Source: Raillietiella orientalis
Lineage: Eukaryota
Reading direction: 5' to 3'
Assembly: GCA_036172245.1 (NCBI GenBank)
Contig: JAYWIR010000122.1
Location: forward strand, 62,001 to 102,055
DNA: 40,055 nt
Within the stretch, counting starts at the first letter, position 1, and each line of letters opens with the position of its first letter. Position numbers and translations under genes: made by a program. The notes beneath the pieces are model-generated. The model was not told where the DNA came from. It saw only the letters and a program-made list of their open reading frames with translations, and searched no databases. Shown piece by piece: positions 1 to 13,100 of the stretch.

Positions 1-471
1 GGACTTTCTCGAATTCAAGTCCCTCAGAAGAAACTGCTGCAATCCTCTCTTACGAGCTGCCTTTCCATTACCACATCTAGACAGTCAGACAGCTAACAGA
101 TCTATCAACCTGGTGGAATCAAATAAGAGTAGGTGGGAAAGGTCTGCTCCCTGACAACAAAGCCTATTGAATGATTTGCATACAATGTTTCACGGAGGAC
201 TGGGGTCTTGCAGAATGTTCTTAAAGAAAATCATAAAGGTAGTGTTTTTCTGCTAGGCAAACACCACACACATCTGTCACAAGTAGAAAAAAATATTTTT
301 TTGGGTGGGATTAGATACCTAAGAAACGTGAATGACTGTCCACTGTCACTGTACGATGATAATTCATCCGATTCAACATGCACAAAAACGCAAAAACATC
401 GTGCATGCCACGGAAGAGCATCTCCTTGTCGAGAAAGGAAACTTCAGGGATGCTTGGAATCGTACATCCTA

Positions 472-567
472 AATTCTGAAAAAAAACAGCGTTTTTCTTT
501 TCAGAATTAGCGTTTTAGAGCTTTTCAGAACTTTTCGAATTAGCGCTTCTGAGAAAAGCTAAAATGC
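472..567. repeat. Two adjacent imperfect inverted repeats (potential hairpins)
   Basis: AATTCTGAAAA (472-482) pairs with TTTTCAGAATT (498-508); GCGTTTTAGAGCTTTTCAGAA (510-530) is a near reverse complement of TTCTGAGAAAAGCTAAAATGC (547-567). Function unknown. Confidence 0.55.
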
Positions 568-1653
568 TTCTGCTTTGAAATGAGTTTTATTTGCTCGTTT
601 CTACTTTTCTGTAGGCAGATATCCTCTCTTTCCATCAAATATTTTACTACAATAATCGTTGTTCTGAATATGCACTGAAGTTGATTTAAAAGTTCGGATT
701 AATGATGCCAAACTCACTCCTTGAACTCCATTAATTACCTGTTTGTTCTGTGTTATAAGTATTTCCAATGTATTGAACAAAAGACTTAAAGTAAACTACT
801 GCCCTGAATTGAAAGAAAAACTCAGATTAGGTGCAACGATATTTGCTATCATCAAGAATAATATGTATCGATGCCTCTTTTATAGATTGAATTCACCCAA
901 AGCAATAATATTTATGCTGCACATAGACAGTTTCGGCTTCTTATTCAGCTATATAGGCACTGAAAACTATTATGGTATAACATCATGTTGCCTCTGATTT
1001 GATGAATTAGGCTACATGGCTCCAATTGCTTGATCTTGACTCATATATTTATTTTCATTACATAGATTTTCGTTTTTAATGGAACACTGTTTAACCATGC
1101 AGATTTGTCTTTTTTTATTTAGTTCTTAAGGTTTGCGTCTAGGCAATGAAGAGCATCGTTGACTTGAATTTCAGACATGCAAACATAATTTGCTCCTTTT
1201 CCAAATGTTTATATTAATGTCCAATACGAAATGTATAAGTTACGAAATGTTTTGGAATTTCTGAAGGTTTAGATGTCCTATCATACTTTATCCATATCAT
1301 ATTAAGATTGGGTATTTGTTAAAAGTAATGTCAACATGTACAAATTTTTGCTTCATTTCACTTGCATTCTTGTTTCTTTCTATCGCTTTCTCTCAGAGTA
1401 TCACAATTTTTTATTCATGGATCAACAAGATTTCGATTGACGGTTTAAATTATTGATAGAGAGTATAATTCGTTAACTTGGCATAATTTTCGAAATTGCA
1501 TAAAAGCCCATTACAGGGAAAAACGAATTTACGGACGTCATGGAAACAGAAATCACAGGAAAAAAGAAAAACTGAGTTAGTATTTAAAATACAAAACCTG
1601 AAAAGACAAATCGAGGCACGACAAAAAATTCTCGAAACAACTCGAGAGTCCAG

Positions 1654-2750
1654 GTGACTGCGTTACTGGGCCAAGCAGGGGAATGGTCAGACATTGACCC
1701 CACTTGGAGAAGGAAGCAAGCACTAGTGCAAAAGCACCAAATCAAGATTGTGCCTAGAAGCAAGGAACTCTGGGAGGGAGAATCCATCCTGGTGATCCCC
1801 TGGATGCTTCCGATATCCAGTGACACAAGGATCTGGATCTACTACCAGCCCTACAAAGAATATAACAATGGAGAAGGAGTGGGTTCTTCCACCACGCCAG
1901 GATACTAAAATATGTCGACATGATGACGGGAAAGTTCACCCACAGGACCCGCGAAGTGCGGAAAGACCATGGTAACTACGCGTGGTCCAGGGTAACCAAA
2001 CAAAATCTGCTCCGCATCATAAGAGAACAAGACAAAGACACCAGTGCCCTCCAGGAAGCTGCGTATCGATACGAGGCTGACACAGCCGACCTGTTGGTGA
2101 TCCCGACGACGCTCTGGAGGAGTGACCTACTCCCGTACACCCAGGACAACCTCCTGATGTTCTATCATGGAAGAATTCTGAGCGGGTCCAAGATGAAATA
2201 CTTCACAGGAGCAAGAGAACACGAGGACTGCAAAGCATGTGGGGATGCGGACACCGGACTCCATGTCATGACCTACCCCACAATACATCAATACTGGCAG
2301 ACTCTGAAAAGGGTCACAGGGCTGCAGAACTACTCACCGGAGGAAATCTTGGCCAAGATGTTTCTAGGAAGCTGTAACGCTCCTTGTTACAATCCCATGG
2401 TTAGGACGACCATTACCCTGTTCGTCACGGCCATCCTTGTCAGATGGTGAAGATGAGATCCAACGGAACGGCTGTATCTCCTATGGAAATCCTGAAAGGG
2501 ATTATCCGAAAAAAGATAGACATACGGAACTGTGGCGGAGTGCCAGCATGGGCATACCGATATATACTGAAAAGAAATGAGGACAACATCCAAACCCACC
2601 CAAGCCCACCCTAGTGCAGAATCTTAGTGCAGTGACTCCCCGGAAGTAAACTTCAGTGAAAAAATAATGAACTTTGTTTGAAGTAGAATGAATGAGCTTG
2701 TAGAGTGAATGCAAAAAGAAATAAAATTATTCCACTCCTTGTGGGATTGG
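1654..2750 (+). mobile_element. 5'-truncated, decayed non-LTR retrotransposon (L1/Tx1-like): ORF2 C-terminal region plus 3'UTR
   Basis: Higher-GC island in AT-rich DNA. Broken ORFs 1654-1908 and 1920-2450; the latter has CKACGDADTGLHVMTYP..W, a degenerate CX2CX7HX4C (zf-RVT-type) finger with the last C replaced by Y, followed by a hydrophobic helix ending 'LVRW'. AATAAA at 2720-2725 then a small hairpin at 2730-2746. 5' boundary uncertain; no clear target-site duplication. Confidence 0.72.
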
Positions 2751-3680
2751 GGACATCCAAACAAGTTTTTTAGAGTCAATCTCCAATCCGTTTAGATTTG
2801 ATAACTGTAAAATGTTTGCAAATTCTTCTCATTTGAAATCTGTTGCGCTGTATGGTATCTGGATAAAACTGATTTTAGAATATGCAGTCGTAATTTTCAT
2901 TGATAGAACTAATCTTTGACCTACTAATATGGCATGATTTGAGAATCTTCGTCATAAACACCATTCTGTGTGCTCATTACATTCTTTTTAAAAATCTGTT
3001 GTATAAAACCATACTTCATGAGAAAATGCACCAATATTTAATTTAATTATCTTTTTTTTTTTGTCAGTATTATGACTACGAGCACTCTACTGCTCAGAAT
3101 GGTTTACAAGCGGCGTTTTGCAAAAAGTCTAGTGAAGTTTAAAAACTTGGATTCGTTTTTGAGGTCGGAGATTCGAACACAGAATATGAAATAACACAGA
3201 GAAATTTTTTTCCCGTATGGATACTTGGTTGTTTAAGTGTACTGTAAAAGCATATAAGTTTTACATGTTGACTTTAAAAGTGCTAAAATTCTGTTTCAGA
3301 AACAATACAGTTCTCAGTTGATCTCAAGTATAATCTAAATGCATAATGTTGCGAATGTTTTCATTAGGATGTTGAGAATACACCAGTTGATCACAGAATG
3401 GATCATAATTTGTTTTCCATGCAAACGTTGTAACAAAAAGGAATGCTTGAATTCGTGTTTCATGTTTCAGGTTTTTATGTTGTATTTGTAATGTAAAATT
3501 TGCACAAGCCATGAAATTTCGTGTCTTAAAGTTTTATGGTTCGTGGCATCGGTTCAGATTGAAATAGAAATTCGACAGAATTCAATTTTCCTTAGCCAGT
3601 TTCAGTCGTTTGCAAAACTGAGTTCCCAATACGCATATTCAATGTAGAATTGTTGCAAGAATCCATCATTTATGTTGCAG

Positions 3681-3714
3681 AAGTCTAATGAGCCAGAAAC
3701 AAGAATTATTATAA
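3681..3714 (+). promoter_or_regulatory. Candidate 34-nt 5'UTR exon of the GON4L gene containing a short uORF (MSQKQELL*)
   Basis: Flanked by TTTATGTTGCAG| and |GTAAGT consensus splice sites. Splicing to the acceptor at 4137 puts an in-frame TAA upstream of ATG 4154. uORF runs ATG 3688 to TAA 3714. Confidence 0.45.
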
Positions 3715-4153
3715 GTAAGTGTTTCCGAAGAAGAAATCTATAAATCTATAAAACTTGAGGTGTTGGTTCTGAAATGAGAATGGAAATTGAAAATTTTAGC
3801 GTTTAAATTTTTTTAAGTCCATGTGAAAGTCAGTGTAGAATGTGTGGAATTTGAAAATTCAATTTACATTTTCTGAACAAAATTCTCGTTAGTATTTGTT
3901 ACTTTCAGCTTAATGATTCAGTTATATTCTCGCAATTGCTTTTGTAAAGTAACCTAAGTCTCCTTTAATGTTCATAGTTTTGTTTCATATTGGCAGAATA
4001 TCAGTTTTAAGATAAACGATGTGTTAAAGAATTTATGTAATCTAGTTGATTCTTTTAGCTTTTATAAAGTAAGATATGTGATTGAGTCTTAGTGACGTAA
4101 AGTGGATAGAGTTTACTTTTCATTTTTGTAATTTCAGAAATCAAATTTTAGAA

Positions 4154-7100
4154 ATGAAAATGGATTCTCCAGAAGATGTGTTGAATGATATTGATTTTTG
4201 TATTGATGATATTCTTCATGAAAAGGCAAAAAAAAATAATTTAAGCATAACAAATGTGAAAAACATACTTAGGGTATGCAATATTTTCATAATTTTCTTT
4301 AAATAATATAGTGTTCATGATGTTGTAGTACATTATCACTAATCCTGAAGTCTTAAATATGGTAGAAATGAAAATGAAATTTGGAAACAGTAAACTCTGT
4401 GAAAATAATTTGTTTGAGATTGAAACTAAGCTTACTCGATCAAAAACAAGGTACAGTATTTTATGGAATTCAACATTGAATGCTTTCTTGATTACTTAGT
4501 GTTGGTTTTGTTTTGTAATCCTACAGCAGCAAAATAATTTTGAATTGAATTTTTCTTTATTGAGGTGATTAATTGACTATATTTCTGTAATATTATTTTC
4601 CATATTTGTCGTAACTGAAAGGTAACAAGCCAAAATCGGACTTATTTTTGTAACAGGTTATGTATGGATTCTGTTTTGCACTCTATTGCAGAATTCTAGA
4701 TTTTTATGGTATTTTATTTATGATATTTTCAAATTTAATGGTACATTGTTATTATCTTAGTTCATATCAGATGGTATCAAAACTTGGACTAGAAGATGCA
4801 TTATGATTGCCTGATTTTGCATCTGTTGAGTGTGTATCTTTTCACAGATTCATAAAATATTTTTATTTTTGTGTGGTAGAGCTGAGATCTTTTCAATGAA
4901 CATTGGTCATGAAAATGCAAAATTAATTTAACTTATTCATTTCTGCATTAATTATTTGTCAAGTAAACACTCATCCATTACCATCATATTTGTCCTTAAT
5001 CCCTTAATACAGCAGCCATTTTTTTCCAAAAATAAATTCTCATTTCAGTGAATAAACCCAACTTAATTTCTAAATAAAATCATTTCATGCTGATGTGTTT
5101 TACACTTAGAATCTTATTTTACACTAATTATTCCGAATAAGAATTGAGGATTTTTTGTGACCATCAGTATTGATAATATGTATTGATAATCCAAAAGAAT
5201 TGGAAACAGTGTAGAGTTTTTTCAAAGTATTCTATGTTGCCTATTTCTGTTTGTCTGTGGATTGCTGGTTTGCTAGTGATCTGAAAATGCATCAAATACA
5301 GAACTTACCTATTTTGCAAAATTTATAAATTGTTCCTTTAGGAAATAATGATATCTGTCATTAAAGAATTAAAATTTATTTTTGTTTTGGTTCCTGTTGG
5401 ATCTTTGAAGGTTTAAATTTTGAGCAGTGCTAAACAGGTTCTGTTTTTGGTGTGCATTTCCTGAATCTCTCTAGATTGTCGTTTCAAAGTATTAAGCCAG
5501 AAAATAAGTCAACTACTTTTAGTTATAATTATGGGAAAAGAACATCCCAAGTTACTTGCTAAAAGAGTAAAGCATAACTTAAGTCAAAAAATACGTATTT
5601 TCTTGGTTTATTGCAAATTTAGATGTTATCCAGAAAAGGCTCAAAATTTAATCCCATGTGAGAGTTTAACTTTATTGAGTTTCAAAGTAGTTCGATGTAA
5701 TTCTTATGATAATTGAATTTTGGAAAACTGAATTGAAAATGTGATTTCTCTGTATAAGTGAATTCCTAGTATCTTTATTTTATAAATTCTGGAAAGCAGT
5801 GGCTTTATAGTCTGTAAAGTAAGATACTAGGAAATTGACAGTTAAACGTTTTTTTTTTTTCCCCCCCAAAAAACAATGTTACCTGTTCATAAACTACAAA
5901 ACAGAACAAATTGAAAAAATTCTGAAAATATTGTGAAACAGAACGAAATTATAATTCTTCATAGAAAAAGGTGAAAAGAATTTGCAAATATGATATGTCT
6001 AACAAATCTAAATATAAGGACACTGAAATCTCAGTAATCATTCAAACTAAACATCACATCTAATAGTTTGAAAGTTCTCTTTATTTGTTGATTAAGATTT
6101 CCTTTTGGTAATGAGATTTATTTGTTCTTTTTGAAGTTTCCTTTGAATGTGATCAGAGCACCAGTGTCCTTATGATACAAAAATTTTTTTAATTGTACCA
6201 TAGTAAAAATATTTTCTATTTGATTATGCAATTTGTTGTCTGTTGTGTATTTCATATTTTATTTTTAATATCGTGTATTTTGAATTTGTAGTAAGTGTAA
6301 TTCCATTTTGATTTCTTAGTTTTGCAAAGTCATGTGGACATTCTAAAAATGGGCATTTTTGCTCATGTATTTTAGGAAGTTAATTGAGAATCATACAAAT
6401 GTTCCTTGGATTTTGACACCTTTGAAACATGTTGAATCTTGTGAGTCAGCTGCTCTAATTAACAATGAGTTTTCTGAAGAAAGTTCTAGTGATGAAGATT
6501 ATCTTCCAAAAGAATCTGAGAAAGAATTGGTAACTATATTATTCTTTGGGCATTGCAATTGTATCTCAGAAAGAAAAGATAATTCCTTTTTTATATTTAA
6601 AAGTTACAGAAACTGATTGATTTTCTTTCCAAAGTATTCAGCTTATTGTCTTTCTTCGTGGATACTAAGTTTGTTTTCAGTAGTAGAGATGAAATTTTTT
6701 ATTTTTAATGTTATAATTATAGTGATTAATTTTTTCACTCATCTGTGATTCTCTTCATATTTTTGATAGCTCTCAGAGACAAAGTAGAACTTTTTAAATA
6801 GTATCCTTAAATTATCAACTTATTTTTACAAGCTGCAGCATATTTGAGTTTATGCTCATTGTTTGTATATTCACTGAATAATAAATATTAACGCAATAAA
6901 TCATATACTAAGTGGAAATTCTGATGAACACATCAGAATACAATAGATGAACACATCAGCTTTAATAGCAAATACAGAAGCACGTTTGTGCTGCTGTATT
7001 TGCTATTAAAGCTACTGTACTAATTCCATGCATGGATTTATAAAATTTCAAAATGCCATTTTTTTTCTAATCACGTTTATTGTAGCATGTTTGGTTTGGT

Positions 7101-10100
7101 ATGAAAACAGGTCTATTCTCTAGTTTTGTAAATAGCATATTGTTATATATTTTATTGTTTTCTTTTATACTTCCGTTAGATCCTTCAGTGAGTGAAGGAG
7201 TTTGAGAATTTGGAAGACTGTTGCTCAAATCTGTTTTCAGTTGATTGTGATGTAGTATTGGTGGAATTATCATTCATTAGAAACATTTCATGAATGATGC
7301 AATTGAAAATTATTGGTATCGCAAAGATTTTTCTTTTCTCTATTTGAGCTCTCATATTTTTATCTTATATGAAAGGCTGTGTATATAAAAACGCAAGTGC
7401 TCAGTCTATATTAGCGTTTTTTTGATTTTCTTATAATTGTGTTGTGATTCAGAGTGATGAAGAAAGTAATACATCGATTGTCAGTGAAGATTCCAGCCAC
7501 ATTAACACAACTGGTGATTTTTTGGAAAATGAATCATCTGTATTCAAAACTCCATTACCATACCAGGTATTTTTTTTTTAAGGGCAATAAAAACTTCATT
7601 TCATAACTTTGTTACTTAACAGTTTTTTGCTTGATAATTGCTAGTTATTAATTCAGGTAAAATTTGTTGTGTTAATTGATTTTTATACGTAATTTATACT
7701 TTTTATTTAAGCAGTGATTTCATAAGATAAATCATTTCCTTTGAAATTTGTAGTAATAATAGGGTTTGGAGAAATTCAATTGTTCCATTAATATCAAAAG
7801 CACTTTACTCATAAGAATTGCAGCCTGTGATGTGGCAGATTCGTATATTCATTGCTCATAAAATTAACATTTTATGATTTGAAGTACTTTCTTTATGTCC
7901 TTTCAAAAAAGTTAAAGAACTTTCAGAAAATGAGTCCTGCCAAATCAGCATTTCCTGGATTTATTTGCATTTTTCTTTCATAAAATTCTCAAAAGTAACA
8001 TTAATGCTGAAATTTTAACATTTAAATGAAAATTTATTTTTTATGCTTTCTTTGTATAGTATCAATTAAGTCAGAAGCAAATAATTTTTATAAAGCATTG
8101 TTTCAACATTATGGTTTTAAAAATATTGCCTTATAAAAATTGGGAATTGAGTTTTGCAGTATAAATTTCCTGAGCATATTTATTCACAGTATATTTGAAG
8201 GTATCATGGGTCTTTGACAACATGATTTCAGTTTTTGCACTTTGGATTTTTTTAAAGTTAGTTAAATATGACTGTTATAATGACAGCTAGATAAAGCAGT
8301 ATCAGGTAAATGTTAGTTTAGGTTATTGTCTTTTTCAGGAAATTAATTTCGGTAATTATGACAACTGAACTCTAGGCTTGATATAAAAATTTCAGTATTA
8401 TTAATTTGTGTTAATTCAATTATAGTAAAATGATTGCATTAATCAGCATTAATGTAGCCGATGTATTGGTGACTGATATAAAAATCCGACCTTGCTAGGT
8501 GAAGTGCATGCATATTATAGTTTTCATATAGTTCAGAAATGCAGTGTAGAGAAATTACTGATAGTAATTGTTTTCGTAGTTATAGTTTTGATGCAAGTGA
8601 TTCCAAAGTTCTTCCAAAGTAAACTAATTTCATTTTTGTATTTACAACCTTAAGCAGATGTCCAAGAGTTTAGTATGTTTGGAATTGCTGCAAAAAGGGC
8701 CAAATAAGATTCAGGACAGGAACATTCACTTCAGTATATTGTCATCAAGAAATAAACATGGAGTTTTGTTTTTATTTGTTTTTGTTTTGCTTCAAATCGA
8801 CGGAGTCTTAATCTTGTTTTCAATAGAAATTATTTGTGTTGCTTATAAGACATGCTTTCAAATAAAAGGGTTGATTTCAAGATTGTCTGGAAACCACTTT
8901 GAATTGGAATTCCATTTATGGTGTATGATTAATCCTCTGTGTAATTTTGTGTTTTCTGGAAAGGCTTTATATTCCATTGCAGGTGCATGGTAATAAATTT
9001 ACAATGTACTGCTCTCCTCAACCATTTTACTTCCCAATACTTGTTGCACATTTTCTGTGCACTCGTGATTTCACCAGGATTCATAAATCCATAATTAAGT
9101 TTCAATTTTTAAATGAATGTACAGCTTCTGATGCTGATGACATGTGTAACGTCATCTGCATCATTCATGTGTTTTTGTTTGATCTTATTTTTATTGTTTT
9201 GACATCAAGAAATGTAAAAAAAATATTGGTCAGTGTGAAAATTTTTCTAATTTGAAAAATTAAAAGAATTGGAAATAGAAGGAAATAAAGCTAAAACTGT
9301 TCTTTGCTTTTGCTCCTTGTTGTACTTGTTCATAAATATAATACTGCATGTCTTTGTAAAAAATACGTTTAATGTTGAAATATTTTATAGTTGTTAACAT
9401 CTTTCTTTATATTCTGTGTGTAGACAAAACCACCTTATTTAACCAGGTCAAAACTACCGTTGAATAATGTACCTATTGAAGCACTTGAGCAGGCTTTTAT
9501 GCCACCTGATATCACTACTGATATGTATGACACAGATTGTGATGACGAAGAGTGGAAAGAATTTCTGAAACAGCTGACTTTTGAAAAAGGTAACTAATAA
9601 AATTCTTTCAATTTTATTAAATTTCATATTCAAAAATGAAGACATAGATGTGTTTGATGATGAAGAATCTGACCCTGAATATAATATAATGGAAGATGAG
9701 GATGATTATTTATCAGGTAATTGTTTGTTTGTTTTCTAGCATGTGCAGAACTTTAAAATGAGTCCTGGTAATTGGGTAGACCCATTCTTTATTGGTTCTT
9801 ACAGTCTTCTAAAGTCCAGTCCCCATTCCAACGCATAATTCTTTCTAAAGTAATTGGGAAAATTGTTTGTCGTAATATAAAGAATTAAAAGGACAAATTT
9901 CCACCTAAAGACTGCAAATTAATTTGATTAAATTCCAGTTATGTTCTTTTGTTAAAATCTAAAGAAAAAGGCTATGTTGATTTAATCACATCATATGTGC
10001 CACATCCCCTGAATTAGAATTTCTTTATGTACTATAGTGGCATTGTGATGTGTTTAAGTTTGTTATTGATATTCAGCATTTTTAATGATCATTGTAATTG

Positions 10101-13100
10101 GTAATCAGAATATTTGATTTCTGTCCATTTGACTGGCATGAAAATAAAGATTTAAAGAGGTTCCTTGAAAAGATTGTTATAAATTAATCGTTTGTGCATT
10201 TTTGAAGAAAATAATCATTAAGTTCTTGTGAATGTTTTCAAATAGTGGATCGAGAAGAAATGAGGAATGATCGCGCCGTAAAGATTTCTCAGAAAGAGAT
10301 CAACGAGCTTTTGGAAGAATTTTTCAATTATGCACAGTATGAAGATGATAAACAACCCATATTAGAAATAAAGCATTCTTCTACATCTATGGTTAAATTT
10401 TGTTGTTAGTTAATTAACTGATTATTTTTCTGTTATGCAGAACAATAGAAATCATATTCTTTCCACATATACAGAAAATATTTCCACAAGTGCCACATCA
10501 GATGTGAATTCTGAACCTATAACTACATTTTTGTTTACAACAGAACAACTTGCTGAAGTACAAAAGCAAATGGAATTGCATGTGCAACTTTTGACGCAAT
10601 CTTTTATAATGACTTCAGATATTCCAGCTCTATACAAGCAGCAGGGTATTGCCAGACAGTTATTGGTGCGTATATTAGATTCTGATGTTACTGTGTGATT
10701 TTTTGTTGCATTTTTTTTGTTTCTTTAATTTGTATTTTATCCACGAATAATAGGTCTAGCATACAAACTAAATTGGCATAATGAAATGTTAGCATCCAGT
10801 GATGTACTATCAATTGCTTTGTTGTTATTTCAGTTAGAAATCCATACACTTAGCATAGGAAGGCAAAATTCCTTTTTTAATGCTTGCAATCTATGTGATT
10901 GTGTGACTTTCATTCAAGAATTATCTACAGATCTTGCTGATCCTCGAGATCCAGTCTTAGAAGATGCCAAGTTGGAAAAAGATATTTTAAATAAAAAGTA
11001 AGTTAGTATTGATTTATCGGTTTTTGATGGCAGTAATTTGATTTAGCAGTTATTTGCCTGAAAGTTTATATAAAAAAATTCTTTCATGCAAAGGTTTTGT
11101 CTACCCTCAACTATTGCCAGCTCAAAAATTTGAAAGTGATTTTAAAGAAAAAAGGTTTAGCAAGTCAGAAAGCAGGTACGTGTCAAAGCAGTTGTAGAGA
11201 AAACAGATCTCATATTCAAACTATCTAACAGTATAAGTCAGGTTTTTGAAATATAGCTGTTAAGTCAACTTTATTGAAGGCAGTTTCCAATGTAATGTTT
11301 CCAGGAGTTAGATAGTCAGTCCGTGGTTTTAGTACTTTTGTTTTTATTATGCTCACTTCACAAAAATTTGACTTCTAATCATTGATGTATTCTTTACGTT
11401 GAGTCCTGCTCATTTTTAGGTTAATAGCTTATGGATTGGAGCAGCTTTTACCTATGGCTGAAGAAGAAGTTTCTAATAACCCTCAATGTGGTGGAAGACT
11501 GAGCATGGTTTCTAATTTGCTTCACAGATTTTTGATTCCGACAAGATCGCCAACACTGATTAAAAGACACATTCTTCTGCAAAGGGATCAAGATAAAAAC
11601 AATCCTATCAAAGTAAGTTTAAATGCTGAGAAATGGTAACTGTGTTTAATAGGATTTTTTTCTGAATAATAAAATAAAAGTACCTGATATTAGTCAGCTG
11701 TCCTTCAAGTTACAAATTGGTGGAACACCTGCTGATGTTCCACACAAACTGAATCCCATATATAAGAGGTACATCCCCAAAAAAAAAAGAGTAAGTTAAT
11801 TGCATTTTAGCTGGAACACATGCATCAACATCTGCAAATTTAGACAGCATAAATTTGATACTTTGTTTGTGTCTGATAATTTTAGTATTATTTTTTATTT
11901 CAATTTGTACATTACTGGAATTATAAACTGCATTCAGATATTTTAGTTCATTGTTTGCATTTTTATAAAGGATCCATATGGATCCTTTATAGAAATCATT
12001 GAAGAATTTAAATATCGATTACCTCAAACGTTAAAGCAACTTCCTAGCGATTTGAACTGCATTTCATTATTTTTGTCTTCAAGTTTTACCAGTTTTTGTT
12101 TCATCAGCCCATGTTATCATTTAATATTTAGTAGGCTCTTTGGTAGCTTTAAGTTGGGATGGTGTTTGTAAAAAGTACTGAAATCAGCGTAAATGATTTC
12201 TGCATTAGCAAGGCCATTACCAGATGGTTGCTGTAGTCAAAATCTGATTGTTAAAGTATGCCGTTTTTAAGAGATTGCCTTAAAGTTTCCATGTTTTTTG
12301 AACTTTAAGTTACGAACTGTGATAGCCTTATTCATACTGAAGCAACTTAATTTTGGAGAAATAAGTATTAGTTTTTGGTTGCAAACTACTACTTCATTTC
12401 TTTTGTCATGTATTTACGAAATTCTTTATCAATGCAATCAATTCCATAACTAGAATTCAAGAAAGCAAATAAAAACATGCATATTCAAGTGAGATGTAAT
12501 TTCAAAAAACGAATCCCAGAATTTTAAAGAAATGGATGTGTTGCTGCATTGTTAATTTTGGGTCTTATTAGTTATCATATTTATGGTGGTTACTTAATTT
12601 ACTAGCTATAATTGATTATTTTGCAAACTTGATTTGCGCTAAACCTTGTCTGTTTTCTATTGCATTTCCAAAGACTGTAATGAATTGCAAAAATTCAGTA
12701 ATTGTGTCCTTTTACCAAATGTCTGAAGGTGAAAAAACTGAATGGTAGGCCACTAGTTTAAAAAAAAGTGACTTCCTGTCTCCATTGACATCTATGCTAA
12801 TACTTTATAGAAAACTGATAGAGCTTGATGATATCATCAAATATCGAGTCAAGTTTTCCTGTTACAGGAAGGGTGTTTTCTGCTTAATACAGTATGTTTT
12901 TTTAACTTTGTTCCAGGTATGTTTGGACATTTTTGTGAAGAACAAAATGGCAAATGTTCAAATCAGTAGGAAAGCTGAAACCATGGCATCGAATCTGTAT
13001 TTCTTTTCATTGTTTCTGATGATTTCGTAAGAGTTTGTCATGATATTCTTTCTACCTTTGCAGAAAGAATGAAAAAATGTATTTTGTCTTTGAAAGCTTT

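Noticed and set aside
1..1000. ORFs 208-510 and 743-997 and the higher-GC first 200 bp
   Set aside because: No recognisable motifs or consistent splice structure; possibly a repeat remnant cut by the window edge, but not supportable.
1635..2778. AAACAA...AGAGTC on both sides of the first LINE as a target-site duplication
   Set aside because: The intervening bases differ in length and sequence; too weak in AT-rich DNA.
8658..9255. Intronic ORFs in GON4L (also 5531-5716, 12785-13030, 15260-15487)
   Set aside because: F/L/I-rich translations typical of T-rich intron DNA; flanking exons join in phase without them.
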